Below, in pieces: positions 38,917 to 48,001 of a stretch of DNA of 51,812 nt. This stretch comes from Candidatus Woesearchaeota archaeon CG1_02_57_44. GTDB lineage: Archaea; Nanobdellota; Nanobdellia; Woesearchaeales; CG1-02-57-44. A model generated the notes under the pieces. That model saw only the letters and a list, made by a program, of their open reading frames with translations. It was not told the DNA's origin and ran no database searches. The position numbers and the translations under genes were made by a program. Location: the NCBI GenBank assembly GCA_001871415.1, contig MNWW01000020.1, positions 1-51,812 on the forward strand. Direction: 5' to 3'. Position 1 is the first letter of the stretch. Every line of letters starts with the position of its first letter.

Positions 38917-39510
38917 ATGGCAAGATCCAGCAAAGAGAAAAAGCCCCGTATGGGCCTGATAGTGACGGGCGTCGTGTTGATTATCGTCCTCTTGGGCATC
39001 TTTATGACCATAGGCGTCTACAACAGCGTCGTTCGTCTGGACGAGCAGGTGCAGACCTCCTGGGCGCAGGTGGAGAATCAGTTCCAGCGTCGTGTCGACC
39101 TCATCCCCAATCTGGTGGCGACCGTGCAGGGGGCGGCCGACTTTGAGAAGAGCACGCTGACAGAGATAACCGCGCTGCGCAGCCAGTGGCAGACCGCATC
39201 GACCATCGATGAGAAGGCGCAGGCCGCGACAGGCATTGAGCGTGTGCTCTCGCGCCTGCTGGTGGTCGCGGAGAACTATCCGACCCTGAAGTCCAACCAG
39301 AATTTCCTGGCATTGCAGGACGAGCTTGCCAATACCGAGAACAAGATAGCGGTCGAGCGCGGAAGATATAATGACGCGGTGCGCGCGTTCAACACCAAGA
39401 TGCGCACGTTCCCGACCAATATCATCGCGGGCAACATGGGCTTTGCGGCAAAGCAGTATTTTGAGGCAGCGCCAGGCGCTGATGTGGCGCCGACTGTCGC
39501 GTTCACCTGA
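38917..39510 (+). CDS. lemA: LemA family protein
   Basis: N-terminal TM helix, QRRVDLIPNLV, ENYPTLKS and RYNDAV motifs. Confidence 0.96.
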   Translation: MARSSKEKKPRMGLIVTGVVLIIVLLGIFMTIGVYNSVVRLDEQVQTSWAQVENQFQRRVDLIPNLVATVQGAADFEKSTLTEITALRSQWQTASTIDEKAQAATGIERVLSRLLVVAENYPTLKSNQNFLALQDELANTENKIAVERGRYNDAVRAFNTKMRTFPTNIIAGNMGFAAKQYFEAAPGADVAPTVAFT

Positions 39511-39520
39511 GGTGCTGGTG

Positions 39521-40411
39521 ATGCGTGTGTTGCGGGAACCCGGAAGGCACTCCAGATTCCGCGCTGCCATTTCATCTTCTTTTTCTTCTTCTCCTTTTTC
39601 TTCCTTTTCTGTCGCTCCCCTCTCTTCATCCCTCCTCATCGCATCGATCATCATCATGGCGCTCTTGTTGGCGTCATCGTTGACGCAGGCTGTGCGCGCA
39701 GAGCTTCCGCCGGCAGAGCGGATCGATGATTATGTCATTGACCACGCGGGTGTCTTTTCCACGGCTCAAGCCGACGAGCTCGCTGCACACTTGCGAGGTC
39801 TTGACCAGGCGACAGGCATGCAGTTCGTGGTGTTCACAGAAGAGCGCATCCCTGAGGGGACGACGCTGGAGGAGCGTTCGTTGGCCATTGCCGAGCAGAA
39901 CAAACTTGGACAGAAAGGAAAAGACAACGGTCTGCTCTTTTATCTTGTGACGGCCGACAGGCAGTTCCGCTGGGAAGTGGGCTATGGTCTTGAGGGCGAC
40001 CTGAGCGCGGGTTGGCTTGGCCGGATGAGCAGGGCTGTGATGGTGCCCGCGTTCCAGTCGGGCGATTTTGCCCACGGCATCACCGCGGGTGTCGCAGAGG
40101 TAGAGGCAAAGGCGGGCATCAACGCGACTATCGTCCCTGTCACCTATGGCGCTGCAAGCTACAGTTCAGGCGACGTCGATCCCAAAGTCATCTACTGGGC
40201 GCTCGCGATCGTCATCGCGCTGGCGTTCATCATCGCCATCGCGACGCCAGGCGCGAAGAAACGTGATGACGCCCCCTACATCGCGGCTGGCTGGATGCTC
40301 TATGGCAGGCCGCCGCGCGGCGGCATAGGCGGCTTTGGCGGCGGAGGGTTCGGTGGATTCTCCGGAGGTGGCGGCGGCTTTGGTGGAGGCGGCTTTTCCG
40401 GCAGGTTCTGA
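39521..40411 (+). CDS. TPM-domain membrane protein with Gly-rich tail
   Basis: DNGLLF, EVGYGLEG and GGGFGGGG tail; follows lemA. Confidence 0.92.
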   Translation: MRVLREPGRHSRFRAAISSSFSSSPFSSFSVAPLSSSLLIASIIIMALLLASSLTQAVRAELPPAERIDDYVIDHAGVFSTAQADELAAHLRGLDQATGMQFVVFTEERIPEGTTLEERSLAIAEQNKLGQKGKDNGLLFYLVTADRQFRWEVGYGLEGDLSAGWLGRMSRAVMVPAFQSGDFAHGITAGVAEVEAKAGINATIVPVTYGAASYSSGDVDPKVIYWALAIVIALAFIIAIATPGAKKRDDAPYIAAGWMLYGRPPRGGIGGFGGGGFGGFSGGGGGFGGGGFSGRF

Positions 40412-40499
40412 ATGTGGGCTGCCTGTACGTCCTGCACCATACCATCTCTCGTCATGGGAGCTGATACTGTCTTTTGTCACCCTGTTCTCTGTGAGCGCG

Positions 40500-41438
40500 C
40501 TATCCTATCGCGTTCAGCAGATATCCTGATAGCATGATGCCGACTGCGACGATGGCGAAGAACCAGGCGATGGCGCGCAGCTTGATTGCTTTGCGCAGGA
40601 GTATCGCCTCGGGCAGGCTGAGCGCGACCGTCGCCATCATGAACGCGGTAGCTGTTCCCACAGGGACGCCCTTATCCAGCAGCACGATGGCGATGGGCAG
40701 TATGGCAGCGCAGCTGGCGTAGAACGGGATGCCCAGCAATACGGCCAGCGGGACGACGAACACGCCGCCAGCCGACAACAATGTCTGTACGCTCTGCTGC
40801 GGCACGTAGTTGTGGATGAGCGCGCCGAGGGCGACGCTGCCAGCGACCCAGAGCCAGAGCTTGCGGATGATGCTGGACGCTTCCTGCCAGCCAAAGGCCA
40901 GCCGTTCTCTGAACGCCATTGTCTTCGTGCGGCTCTTCTGTTTTTTGGGCGCGAAGTCTGCTTCGATATCGTTCTCCAGGCCCATGGTGCCAAGCGCTAT
41001 CCCACCGAGCACGCCGAGCACGATGCCTATAACAAGATACGCGACCGTCACCTTCCAGCCGAGGGTGATGGCCATGACCGTGAGCAGGTACTCATTGACC
41101 AGAGGCGAGGTGATAAGGAAGCTGAACGCCACGCCCACAGGGACACCCGCGGAGAGGAACCCCATGAAGATGGGGATGCTCGAGCAGCTGCAGAACGGTG
41201 TCGCGACGCCGAACAACGCGGCGTACAGGTGCGCGCCTTTGCGCTTGGCGAGCCATTGCTTGACCTTCTCCGTCGGGATGTAGGTGCGCAAAACACCCAT
41301 CAGGAAGATGAGCGTTCCGAGCAGTAGCAGTATCTTGATGGTGTCGTACAGGAAGAAGCTGAGCGGCTCCTGCCAGGAGGATCCTGCAGGCAGCAACTTG
41401 CCGACCATCCACGCGATCACTTCTTCGAGCATGAGCAT
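40500..41438 (-). CDS. ArsP/DUF318-family permease
   Basis: TPFCSCSSIP, SPLVN and LSLPE motifs. Confidence 0.92.
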   Translation of the reverse strand: MLMLEEVIAWMVGKLLPAGSSWQEPLSFFLYDTIKILLLLGTLIFLMGVLRTYIPTEKVKQWLAKRKGAHLYAALFGVATPFCSCSSIPIFMGFLSAGVPVGVAFSFLITSPLVNEYLLTVMAITLGWKVTVAYLVIGIVLGVLGGIALGTMGLENDIEADFAPKKQKSRTKTMAFRERLAFGWQEASSIIRKLWLWVAGSVALGALIHNYVPQQSVQTLLSAGGVFVVPLAVLLGIPFYASCAAILPIAIVLLDKGVPVGTATAFMMATVALSLPEAILLRKAIKLRAIAWFFAIVAVGIMLSGYLLNAIG

Positions 41439-41515
41439 TCACAACTGCACGTCTTTGCCTGCTTCGCTTTCTTCTTGAGTTTCTCGTCTATCTTCTTCGC
41501 GATGCTTTCAAACAT
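41417..41515 (-). CDS. 32-aa Cys-rich small protein
   Basis: SD GGAGG; MFESIAKKIDEKLKKKAKQAKTCSCECSCSKK; overlaps both neighbours. Confidence 0.6.
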   Translation of the reverse strand: MFESIAKKIDEKLKKKAKQAKTCSCECSCSKK

Positions 41516-41814
41516 GGTGGTTCCTCCAGATGTTTTTTCGCTCCGGGCGCTATCCTGCAGAGCAGGTATGGCCCATCTTTTCGTGTCAGTACGAGTCCCG
41601 CGGCTTCCAGCATCCTGATGTGTCTGTAGGCGACGGACTGGTCCCTTCCCAGGCTGTGCGCGATGTCGCAGATGCACTGCTCGCCCTGCTGCGCGAGCTG
41701 GCGCAGGATGGCCAGGCGCTGCTCATCGCCAAGGGCCTTGTAGAAGGCAGCGAGCATGCGCGGGCTGTGCCGCGCGGATGCGAGGGTCTGCTTCGGTGTC
41801 TGCTTCGCTGACAT
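41488..41814 (-). CDS. ArsR/SmtB transcriptional regulator
   Basis: YKALGDEQRLAIL, CICDI and QSVAYRHIRML.AAGLV motifs. Confidence 0.9.
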   Translation of the reverse strand: MSAKQTPKQTLASARHSPRMLAAFYKALGDEQRLAILRQLAQQGEQCICDIAHSLGRDQSVAYRHIRMLEAAGLVLTRKDGPYLLCRIAPGAKKHLEEPPCLKASRRR

Positions 41815-41831
41815 TTGCATGTGTGTGCAAA
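41814..41831. promoter_or_regulatory. ArsR operator candidate
   Basis: TTTGCA-N6-TGCAAA between the TATA and the start codon. Confidence 0.45.
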
Positions 41832-41871
41832 CGAGCAAGTATAAGAATGTTTCGTCATCCAGTGCCGGGAC

Positions 41872-43623
41872 CTACAATCCCCACAGCGGGTTCTCCTGGC
41901 GCATCATGTCCGCGTATTCCTGCAGGACCTGCTTCTCTTTCCCTGTCAAAAACTGCTTGAACTTCTTGAGCTCGCGGAACTCATCGTCATTGATGGCCGT
42001 GTAGAGAAAATCATTGGCGTCTATCTGCCTGCCGACCGTGAATCCCTCGATGCTGGCTGCTACCTGGCTGCCTTCTTTCGCCTCGGTCACGTTCTCCTTG
42101 TTCTCCTGCAGGCCTTTGAGCTTGCCGAAATTCTTGCCGTCCTTGGTCACTTTATTGCCCGAGCGAAGATCGCCCATCAGGATATCGACGCCCACGACTG
42201 CAGGGTTGCTCTGCCGGAAGATGTAGCCGTTCATGACCTGGAACTTGCAGGGTCTGCTGATATGCTCCAGGCTGGCAGCTTCCTCGTGCGCTTTCACCTC
42301 TGCTATCCAGATGTCATAGTCATCGATGAGTCGGTAGATGACATTGCTGCTGATGACTTTTGTTCCTGAGTCCCGGCAGAGCGCGGTGGCGTCGTCCGTC
42401 ATGCCGACGCTGAACGCGAGCACTGCGCGATGGGTCGGCTCTTTGGCCGCTTCCGCGTCAGTCAGGTCCTTCTTGGTGACCGCGCCGATGGCGACGCTTC
42501 TCACAGGGATCTTATGGCCCGAGAGCAGCTTGTGTACGGCTTCAAGGCTGCCGAGGCTGTCAGCTTTCACGAGCACGCCATGCGCGTCAGTATCCAGCAG
42601 CACGGACGCTATCTCTTTCTTGATGTCCTCAGCGCCGCTCGCAGCATCGCCCGTCCGTATGGGCATACCACCCAGTGCGCCTTCGATGCCTGGTGCGGCA
42701 ATCCTGACGCCTGCCGCGGCAGTGACTTGCAATGCGCTGGAGAATTTTGTCTTTGCGTCGCGCATCTCGCCCAATTCCTTTGGCGTGAAGAGCGCCTTGG
42801 CTTTGGTGATGATGGGCTCCCCGGTCGTTCCGATGATGAGCGTATCGCCCGCGTGGATGGTGCCATCATAGATGATGACATCCATGCACGAGCCCAGCCC
42901 CTTCTGTTCTTTGACTTCAAGAATTGTACCGCGCGCAGGGCCTGCAGCATTGACCTTCAGGTTCTTCTCAAGGTAGCGCTGCGCGAGTCCCGCGATGAGC
43001 ATCAGCATCTCCGGAATGCCGTCGCCCGTGATGCCTGAGACAGGGACGATACCGATTTCCTTGGTGTAGTCAGTGACCCTGTCAAAGCGATCAGCGTTCA
43101 TGCCGAACTCGCCGAGCTTGGCGACTATCCGGTAGAGCTGGGTGTCCAGCTTCTCCTGCGTCGCCTGCGGAAGGGCGTTGATGGTCTGCAGCAGGCCGCC
43201 TTTCGCTTTCCATCCCTGGAGAAGGTCTATCTTGGTGGCCGCGACGATGAAAGGCGTCTTGAATCCTTTGAGGATCTCCAGCGCCTCCTGTGTCTGTGGC
43301 ATGAATCCGTCATTGATGTCGACGACCAGTATCGCGATGTCCGCGAGGCCTCCTCCCCTGCGCCTATGGCCCGTGAACGCCGCGTGCCCGGGGGTGTCGA
43401 TGGTGAGGATGCCGGGGATGGTGAAATCCATGCCCATGCTCTTGAGCAATGGTCCGCAGCACTGGGCGATGCGCTTCATCGGTATGAACGACGCGCCGAT
43501 GTGCTGGGTGATGCCTCCTGCCTCTGCCTTGACGATGCTGGTCTGGCGTATCTGGTCGAGCAGCGTGCTCTTGCCGTGGTCGACATGACCGACGACCGTG
43601 CAGATTGGTGAGCGAAGGGCCAT
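41872..43623 (-). CDS. infB: Translation initiation factor aIF5B (IF-2)
   Basis: [23 protein letters not shown] and [10 protein letters not shown] motifs. Confidence 0.97.
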   Translation of the reverse strand: MALRSPICTVVGHVDHGKSTLLDQIRQTSIVKAEAGGITQHIGASFIPMKRIAQCCGPLLKSMGMDFTIPGILTIDTPGHAAFTGHRRRGGGLADIAILVVDINDGFMPQTQEALEILKGFKTPFIVAATKIDLLQGWKAKGGLLQTINALPQATQEKLDTQLYRIVAKLGEFGMNADRFDRVTDYTKEIGIVPVSGITGDGIPEMLMLIAGLAQRYLEKNLKVNAAGPARGTILEVKEQKGLGSCMDVIIYDGTIHAGDTLIIGTTGEPIITKAKALFTPKELGEMRDAKTKFSSALQVTAAAGVRIAAPGIEGALGGMPIRTGDAASGAEDIKKEIASVLLDTDAHGVLVKADSLGSLEAVHKLLSGHKIPVRSVAIGAVTKKDLTDAEAAKEPTHRAVLAFSVGMTDDATALCRDSGTKVISSNVIYRLIDDYDIWIAEVKAHEEAASLEHISRPCKFQVMNGYIFRQSNPAVVGVDILMGDLRSGNKVTKDGKNFGKLKGLQENKENVTEAKEGSQVAASIEGFTVGRQIDANDFLYTAINDDEFRELKKFKQFLTGKEKQVLQEYADMMRQENPLWGL

Positions 43624-43757
43624 GCTTGATAGAAGGTTCAGGGCTTTTATAACCTTATCGGGGCTGCGGTCGGGCCCATGGGAAGGCCAGGCGACCTGCG
43701 ATTTTCGCAACGCGGCAGGGCAAGGTTAAAGTACTATCCCGTAATCATTATGACAGC

Positions 43758-44240
43758 ATGACCTACCTTGGCGTGACACTCGACCAGGTGCTGGCGGCAA
43801 AGCCCGACCGCTGGGAGACCGCGCTTGCGTACATGGATGCGCCAGATGGTGGCAGTCCAGGAACATGGGTGCTGAAGGGCGATGTCTGGGTGCAGAAGGA
43901 AGACGACCATGGAAGCGTGGCAAATGATTTTCGCCTGCCGTATCATCCTGAAGGGCAGTATTTTGTCGCGACACAATTACAGACCCCTCATGACGTAGAT
44001 GCGTTGCATCGATTGCTATATACTGATGCGGGAGATCCTATCGACAGGTTGCACGAGTTGGTCATCGCAGATGCCTACCGTCCGGCAGAACAGCGGATGC
44101 CTGTCGTGGAATTGAGGTTCCTGGCGAAAGAGGTGCCGCAACGCGCTGCTTTGTTGTCATCCAATGGCATCCCGGAATCCATCCGTCAGCACTTCAACAC
44201 CAAGCTTCGAGGTGCTGGGGGCCTGCGTCCGGTCGATTAG
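43758..44240 (+). CDS. Hypothetical protein
   Basis: 160-aa ORF with an upstream TATA-like TTAAAG; no recognised motif. Confidence 0.6.
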   Translation: MTYLGVTLDQVLAAKPDRWETALAYMDAPDGGSPGTWVLKGDVWVQKEDDHGSVANDFRLPYHPEGQYFVATQLQTPHDVDALHRLLYTDAGDPIDRLHELVIADAYRPAEQRMPVVELRFLAKEVPQRAALLSSNGIPESIRQHFNTKLRGAGGLRPVD

Positions 44241-44278
44241 CCGAAACCTTTTTGTGCTGCCGCCTCATCGCCTTCTCC

Positions 44279-45316
44279 ATGCCGACCGAAGCGGGTATAG
44301 TGTTCAATGTCCCAGAGGGAGTCTTCTATAATCCGCTCCAGCGCCTCAACCGCGATATCGCGCTCGTCATGCTCTCCTCGCAGCCGAAAGAACAGCTGCA
44401 GATAGCCGATGTTATGGCAGGTTCAGGCATCCGCGCGATACGTATAGCCAAAGCCATGCCCGGGCGCATCCGCGCGCTGCATGCCAATGACGCAAGTCCT
44501 GAAGCAGTAGCGATAATCAAGGCAAATGCTGAAAAAAACAATGTCGCGCTCGAGGTTCATAACCTTGACGCGCAGACCTTCCTATACAACTCGACGGGCT
44601 TTGATTATATCGACATCGATCCGTTCGGAACGCCTGTTCCGTTCCTTGACGCGGCCTGCTGTCGCATCGCCCGCGATGGCATACTGGCCGTCACTGCTAC
44701 TGATGTGCAGGCGCTCTCCGGTGTGAATCCCAAGGCCTGCCTGAGAAAATATCTTGGTATGCCACTACGCAACGAGCTCATGCACGAGGTGGCTTTGCGT
44801 CTGCTCATCCGTCGCGTGCAGGTCGCCGGGGCAGCGCATGACCGCGCGATGATTCCCGTCTACTGCCACAGCACCTTGCATTACATCCGCTGTTATTTTC
44901 GGGCGGAGAAAGGCAAGCAGAAGGTGGACGCTGTAATGGCGCAGCAGGGCTGGCTGGGCTTTGATGAGAAGACGCGAAACTTCTGGGCGTCGCAGCAAGT
45001 CGCTGTCGCTGGTCCCCTGTGGCTGGGCCCCCTGTTCGATCCGGACGTCGCGGCAAAGGCGATGCAGACAGAGCTGCCCATCAGCACCGAGACGCGCCGC
45101 CTGCTGACTATCATCGCTGAAGAATCGAGCGTCCCTGCTATCGGCTTCTTTGACCTGCATCGCATCTGCCCAGCCAATGGTCTGGAATTACGTCGCAAGA
45201 TGGATGTCATCAGGCGCCTGCAGCAGCAGGGAAGCAAGGCAGCGTCGACGCACATCCGCGATACAGCTATCAGGACTACCGCGTCATTTGAGCAGGTAAT
45301 GGAGGCAGTGCGATGA
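44279..45316 (+). CDS. trm1: tRNA (guanine-26-N2) dimethyltransferase
   Basis: VFYNP...NRD, GSGIRAIR, DIDPFGTP and GPLWLGPL motifs. Confidence 0.95.
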   Translation: MPTEAGIVFNVPEGVFYNPLQRLNRDIALVMLSSQPKEQLQIADVMAGSGIRAIRIAKAMPGRIRALHANDASPEAVAIIKANAEKNNVALEVHNLDAQTFLYNSTGFDYIDIDPFGTPVPFLDAACCRIARDGILAVTATDVQALSGVNPKACLRKYLGMPLRNELMHEVALRLLIRRVQVAGAAHDRAMIPVYCHSTLHYIRCYFRAEKGKQKVDAVMAQQGWLGFDEKTRNFWASQQVAVAGPLWLGPLFDPDVAAKAMQTELPISTETRRLLTIIAEESSVPAIGFFDLHRICPANGLELRRKMDVIRRLQQQGSKAASTHIRDTAIRTTASFEQVMEAVR

Positions 45317-46056
45317 ACACCACCGATGCGATAGTGAAGGTGACCGAAGCGCTCGCGTCGGCCCAGACGATAATTTTCAGCGCGTCCTGCCAGATCCGCT
45401 ATTCCGGCCGCGCGGAGTCCTATCTTCCCCTGGGTGACCGTATCATCCTTATCAAGCCGGACGGGACCCTGCTCGTGCATCAGCCGACCGGCAGCAATCC
45501 GGTAAACTACATGAAGGCAGGAACCGTCCATGATGTCCATAAGGATGAGGGCGTGATGCTGCGCTCCAGCAACATCCCGGCAAAGGAATTCATGGATATC
45601 GAGATACTGTATTTTCACTTCGTGCAGACAGCGTCATTGCAGGACAGCGCGAAGCTCCAGCTCCAAGGCACCGAGAAGGATATGGCGGACATGATAATGA
45701 AGACTCCTGAGGTCATCGAGGAAGGCTTTCGGCCGCTCAGCCAGGAGGAGCAGACCAAGTTCGGATTCATCGACGTGCTCGGAAAGGACAAGGACGGGAA
45801 CCTTGTGGTGGTCGAGTGCAAGCGTTATGGCGCGGACTTTTCGGCTGTCTCGCAGCTGGCCCGCTACGTCGAGCGTATCAAGGCCTCAAAGGGTGTGGGT
45901 AATGTGCGTGGTATCTTGGCCAGCCCGCGCATCAGCGACAATGCCAAGGCGATGCTGCAGGAGCGCGGCTTCTCCTGGGTCATGGTCGTGCCGCCGATGT
46001 ATATGGAGCGCTTTTCCGCCAGCCAGCGTGGGCTTTTCGATTTCACCGGAACCTGA
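45313..46056 (+). CDS. nucS: Mismatch endonuclease NucS/EndoMS
   Basis: YSGRA, KPDGTLLVH, PVNY, IDVLG...VECK and QLARY motifs. Confidence 0.95.
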   Translation: MNTTDAIVKVTEALASAQTIIFSASCQIRYSGRAESYLPLGDRIILIKPDGTLLVHQPTGSNPVNYMKAGTVHDVHKDEGVMLRSSNIPAKEFMDIEILYFHFVQTASLQDSAKLQLQGTEKDMADMIMKTPEVIEEGFRPLSQEEQTKFGFIDVLGKDKDGNLVVVECKRYGADFSAVSQLARYVERIKASKGVGNVRGILASPRISDNAKAMLQERGFSWVMVVPPMYMERFSASQRGLFDFTGT

Positions 46057-46067
46057 GCGGTTTTTTC

Positions 46068-46361
46068 TTGCATACGCATATGAAGGTGCGAAGCGTCGAT
46101 GTAGTCATGACGTCCCTGCTATTGCTCATCAGAAAAGATGGTCGTATGCTCGTGCGCGAGGCGCACTGGCGCGAGGTCGCAGGGCTCTTGGAATCTATGC
46201 AGCAGAAGGGCGTGGCAGGGCTGATGGCCGTATCGCCAGAGAACCCTGACGCTGCCGAATACATCCTGCTCGACCTGGACGCGCGCCTTCTCGTCTCCTG
46301 CCAGGATTGCCTGTCGCTTGAGGAGCTGGCGCTGCCAGGGTATCATGTGTGCGTGCTGTGA
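46068..46361 (+). CDS. Small hypothetical protein
   Basis: Fills the gap between nucS and MNT with coding-like composition; start uncertain. Confidence 0.5.
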   Translation: MHTHMKVRSVDVVMTSLLLLIRKDGRMLVREAHWREVAGLLESMQQKGVAGLMAVSPENPDAAEYILLDLDARLLVSCQDCLSLEELALPGYHVCVL

Positions 46362-46409
46362 TCAAGATGGATGTCCAGAACGAACATCATTCGCAACCCT
46401 TAAGTAGTT

Positions 46410-46430
46410 TACTTACTTTCAAAGTAAGTA
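46410..46430. promoter_or_regulatory. Palindromic operator candidate of the second MNT-HEPN operon
   Basis: TACTTACTTT-C-AAAGTAAGTA, a perfect 10-1-10 palindrome 2 nt before the ATG. Confidence 0.65.
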
Positions 46431-46432
46431 GG

Positions 46433-46984
46433 ATGGCGCGAGCGAGCAAGGAGCGGGAGCTGATGGGATGCTTCTTCAATGAACCTTCTCGTCACTGGCA
46501 TTTCACAGACCTGCGGCAGGCAACAGGTCTGCCGGATCATCGGCTGGTTGTCTGGCTGGAGCGATTTCATGAGCAAAACCTGGTCCGGCGGGTGAAGCTC
46601 GAAGGCCAACGGTCATACTATCGAGCTTTGTCCGAGTCTCCTGACTATAGGATGCGAAAGAGGGCATTTGCATTTGAGGACATGCGAGCGAGTGGGCTGC
46701 TCGCCTATCTTGCGTCACTGCCTGCTGAGGCGGTGGTGCTCTTTGGCAGCATGGCGCGCTCTGACTGGCATACTGACAGTGATATTGATGTATTTGTGTT
46801 GGGCTCTTCTGCACAGATACGAAAGCACCGGTTTGAGAAACGTATGCGCAGGGACATCCAGCTCTTCACCTACTCCGACAGGAGGACGCTCGCGAGCGTT
46901 GATGGAGCCTTGCTCCGGAGCATTGCTGAGGGCATGCTGCTTCGCGGCGACTTGGGATTTCTGCAGGTGCGCGCTGATGGTTGA
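46433..46984 (+). CDS. wHTH + MNT antitoxin
   Basis: FFNEP..HWHF HTH and LFGSMAR...SDIDVF motif. Confidence 0.88.
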   Translation: MARASKERELMGCFFNEPSRHWHFTDLRQATGLPDHRLVVWLERFHEQNLVRRVKLEGQRSYYRALSESPDYRMRKRAFAFEDMRASGLLAYLASLPAEAVVLFGSMARSDWHTDSDIDVFVLGSSAQIRKHRFEKRMRRDIQLFTYSDRRTLASVDGALLRSIAEGMLLRGDLGFLQVRADG

Positions 46985-47426
46985 GTCTGCGCTCGTGTCA
47001 GAAGCTTTCAGGCAGTGCGAGACAGACGGCATGTACCTGACGCTGGAATCAGTGCCAAAAGGCAGGGTGCGTGCCATGGTGCGGGTCGCGCAGGAGGATA
47101 TTGCAGCATTGTCCTTGCTGGAGGGCGCAGGACTGCACAACACCATGTTCAAGATAGCCTATGATGCCTTGCATACATTGGCAGGAGCACTGTTGCTTGC
47201 GCAGAAAATAAAACCAAAGAATCATCAGTGCCTATTTGCCTATGTCTGCAGCAAGTTTCCTGCGTTGCGCATTGATTGGGGCATCTGCGAGCAGATGCGC
47301 AGTAAGAGAAACAAGTTGCATTATTATGGTTCAGTCGTCAGGAGCGCTGAATGGAAGGGTCTTGAAGTGCAGATGCTCCTGTATGCTGAAGCACTATGCT
47401 CAGAGATCGCAGGGCTGTTGGACTGA
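46977..47426 (+). CDS. HEPN-domain toxin
   Basis: YDALH, NHQCLFAY and RNKLHY motifs; overlaps MNT. Confidence 0.85.
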   Translation: MVESALVSEAFRQCETDGMYLTLESVPKGRVRAMVRVAQEDIAALSLLEGAGLHNTMFKIAYDALHTLAGALLLAQKIKPKNHQCLFAYVCSKFPALRIDWGICEQMRSKRNKLHYYGSVVRSAEWKGLEVQMLLYAEALCSEIAGLLD

Positions 47427-47428
47427 TG

Positions 47429-47704
47429 CTACCCGATAGTCCTTCGGACATCAGTCGTCTCGCAGGAAGCGACGCCATCAAGTTCGCGGATCTTGCTTTC
47501 CAGCTCATCCGTGCCGCCGCCTGCTTCGTCTGCGACAAACGTGAGGCTCAGGGACTTGACGCCGAACGCGACAGGTTCTATCTTCTCCTGGGTGCCGTCG
47601 CCGCCAAAAGCCGTGATGAGCTCCTGCGCCTTGGCAGAGATCCCTTCAAGGTCGCCGGGGATGTCGCTGGGCATAATCTTCAGTGTGATGACGACGTTAG
47701 CCAT
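47429..47704 (-). CDS. ef1b: Elongation factor 1-beta
   Basis: KIMP, EPVAFG and GGTDELE motifs; SD GAGGTGA. Confidence 0.95.
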   Translation of the reverse strand: MANVVITLKIMPSDIPGDLEGISAKAQELITAFGGDGTQEKIEPVAFGVKSLSLTFVADEAGGGTDELESKIRELDGVASCETTDVRRTIG

Positions 47705-47725
47705 AAAATCACCTCTTCAAAAAAG

Positions 47726-47890
47726 CTAATTGGGCCCGGTGAACCCGCACTTCGGGCAGGTGTAGCGTGCCGCGATGGCGCGCGCCTTGCCGGAGCGCAC
47801 AATCTCCTCATTGCACTGTGGGCAGGGGAAATTGACACTGCCTTCGATGTTCGTGATAGGGACCTTGGTGGTTACGCAGACCTTTTCCAT
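47726..47890 (-). CDS. DUF1610 Zn-ribbon protein
   Basis: 54 aa with FPCPQC...YTCPKCGFTGP. Conserved position upstream of ef1b; absent from the ORF track. Confidence 0.9.
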   Translation of the reverse strand: MEKVCVTTKVPITNIEGSVNFPCPQCNEEIVRSGKARAIAARYTCPKCGFTGPN

Positions 47891-48001
47891 GGCACTGCCG
47901 GAACAGGGGGCGTTTTATAAAGGTTTCCCTGCGGATTCTGGAAACTCCGCCCCGCAAACTATTTAAACCCTCCGGGATTCAACACTTGTGGGGGGTATAT
48001 T

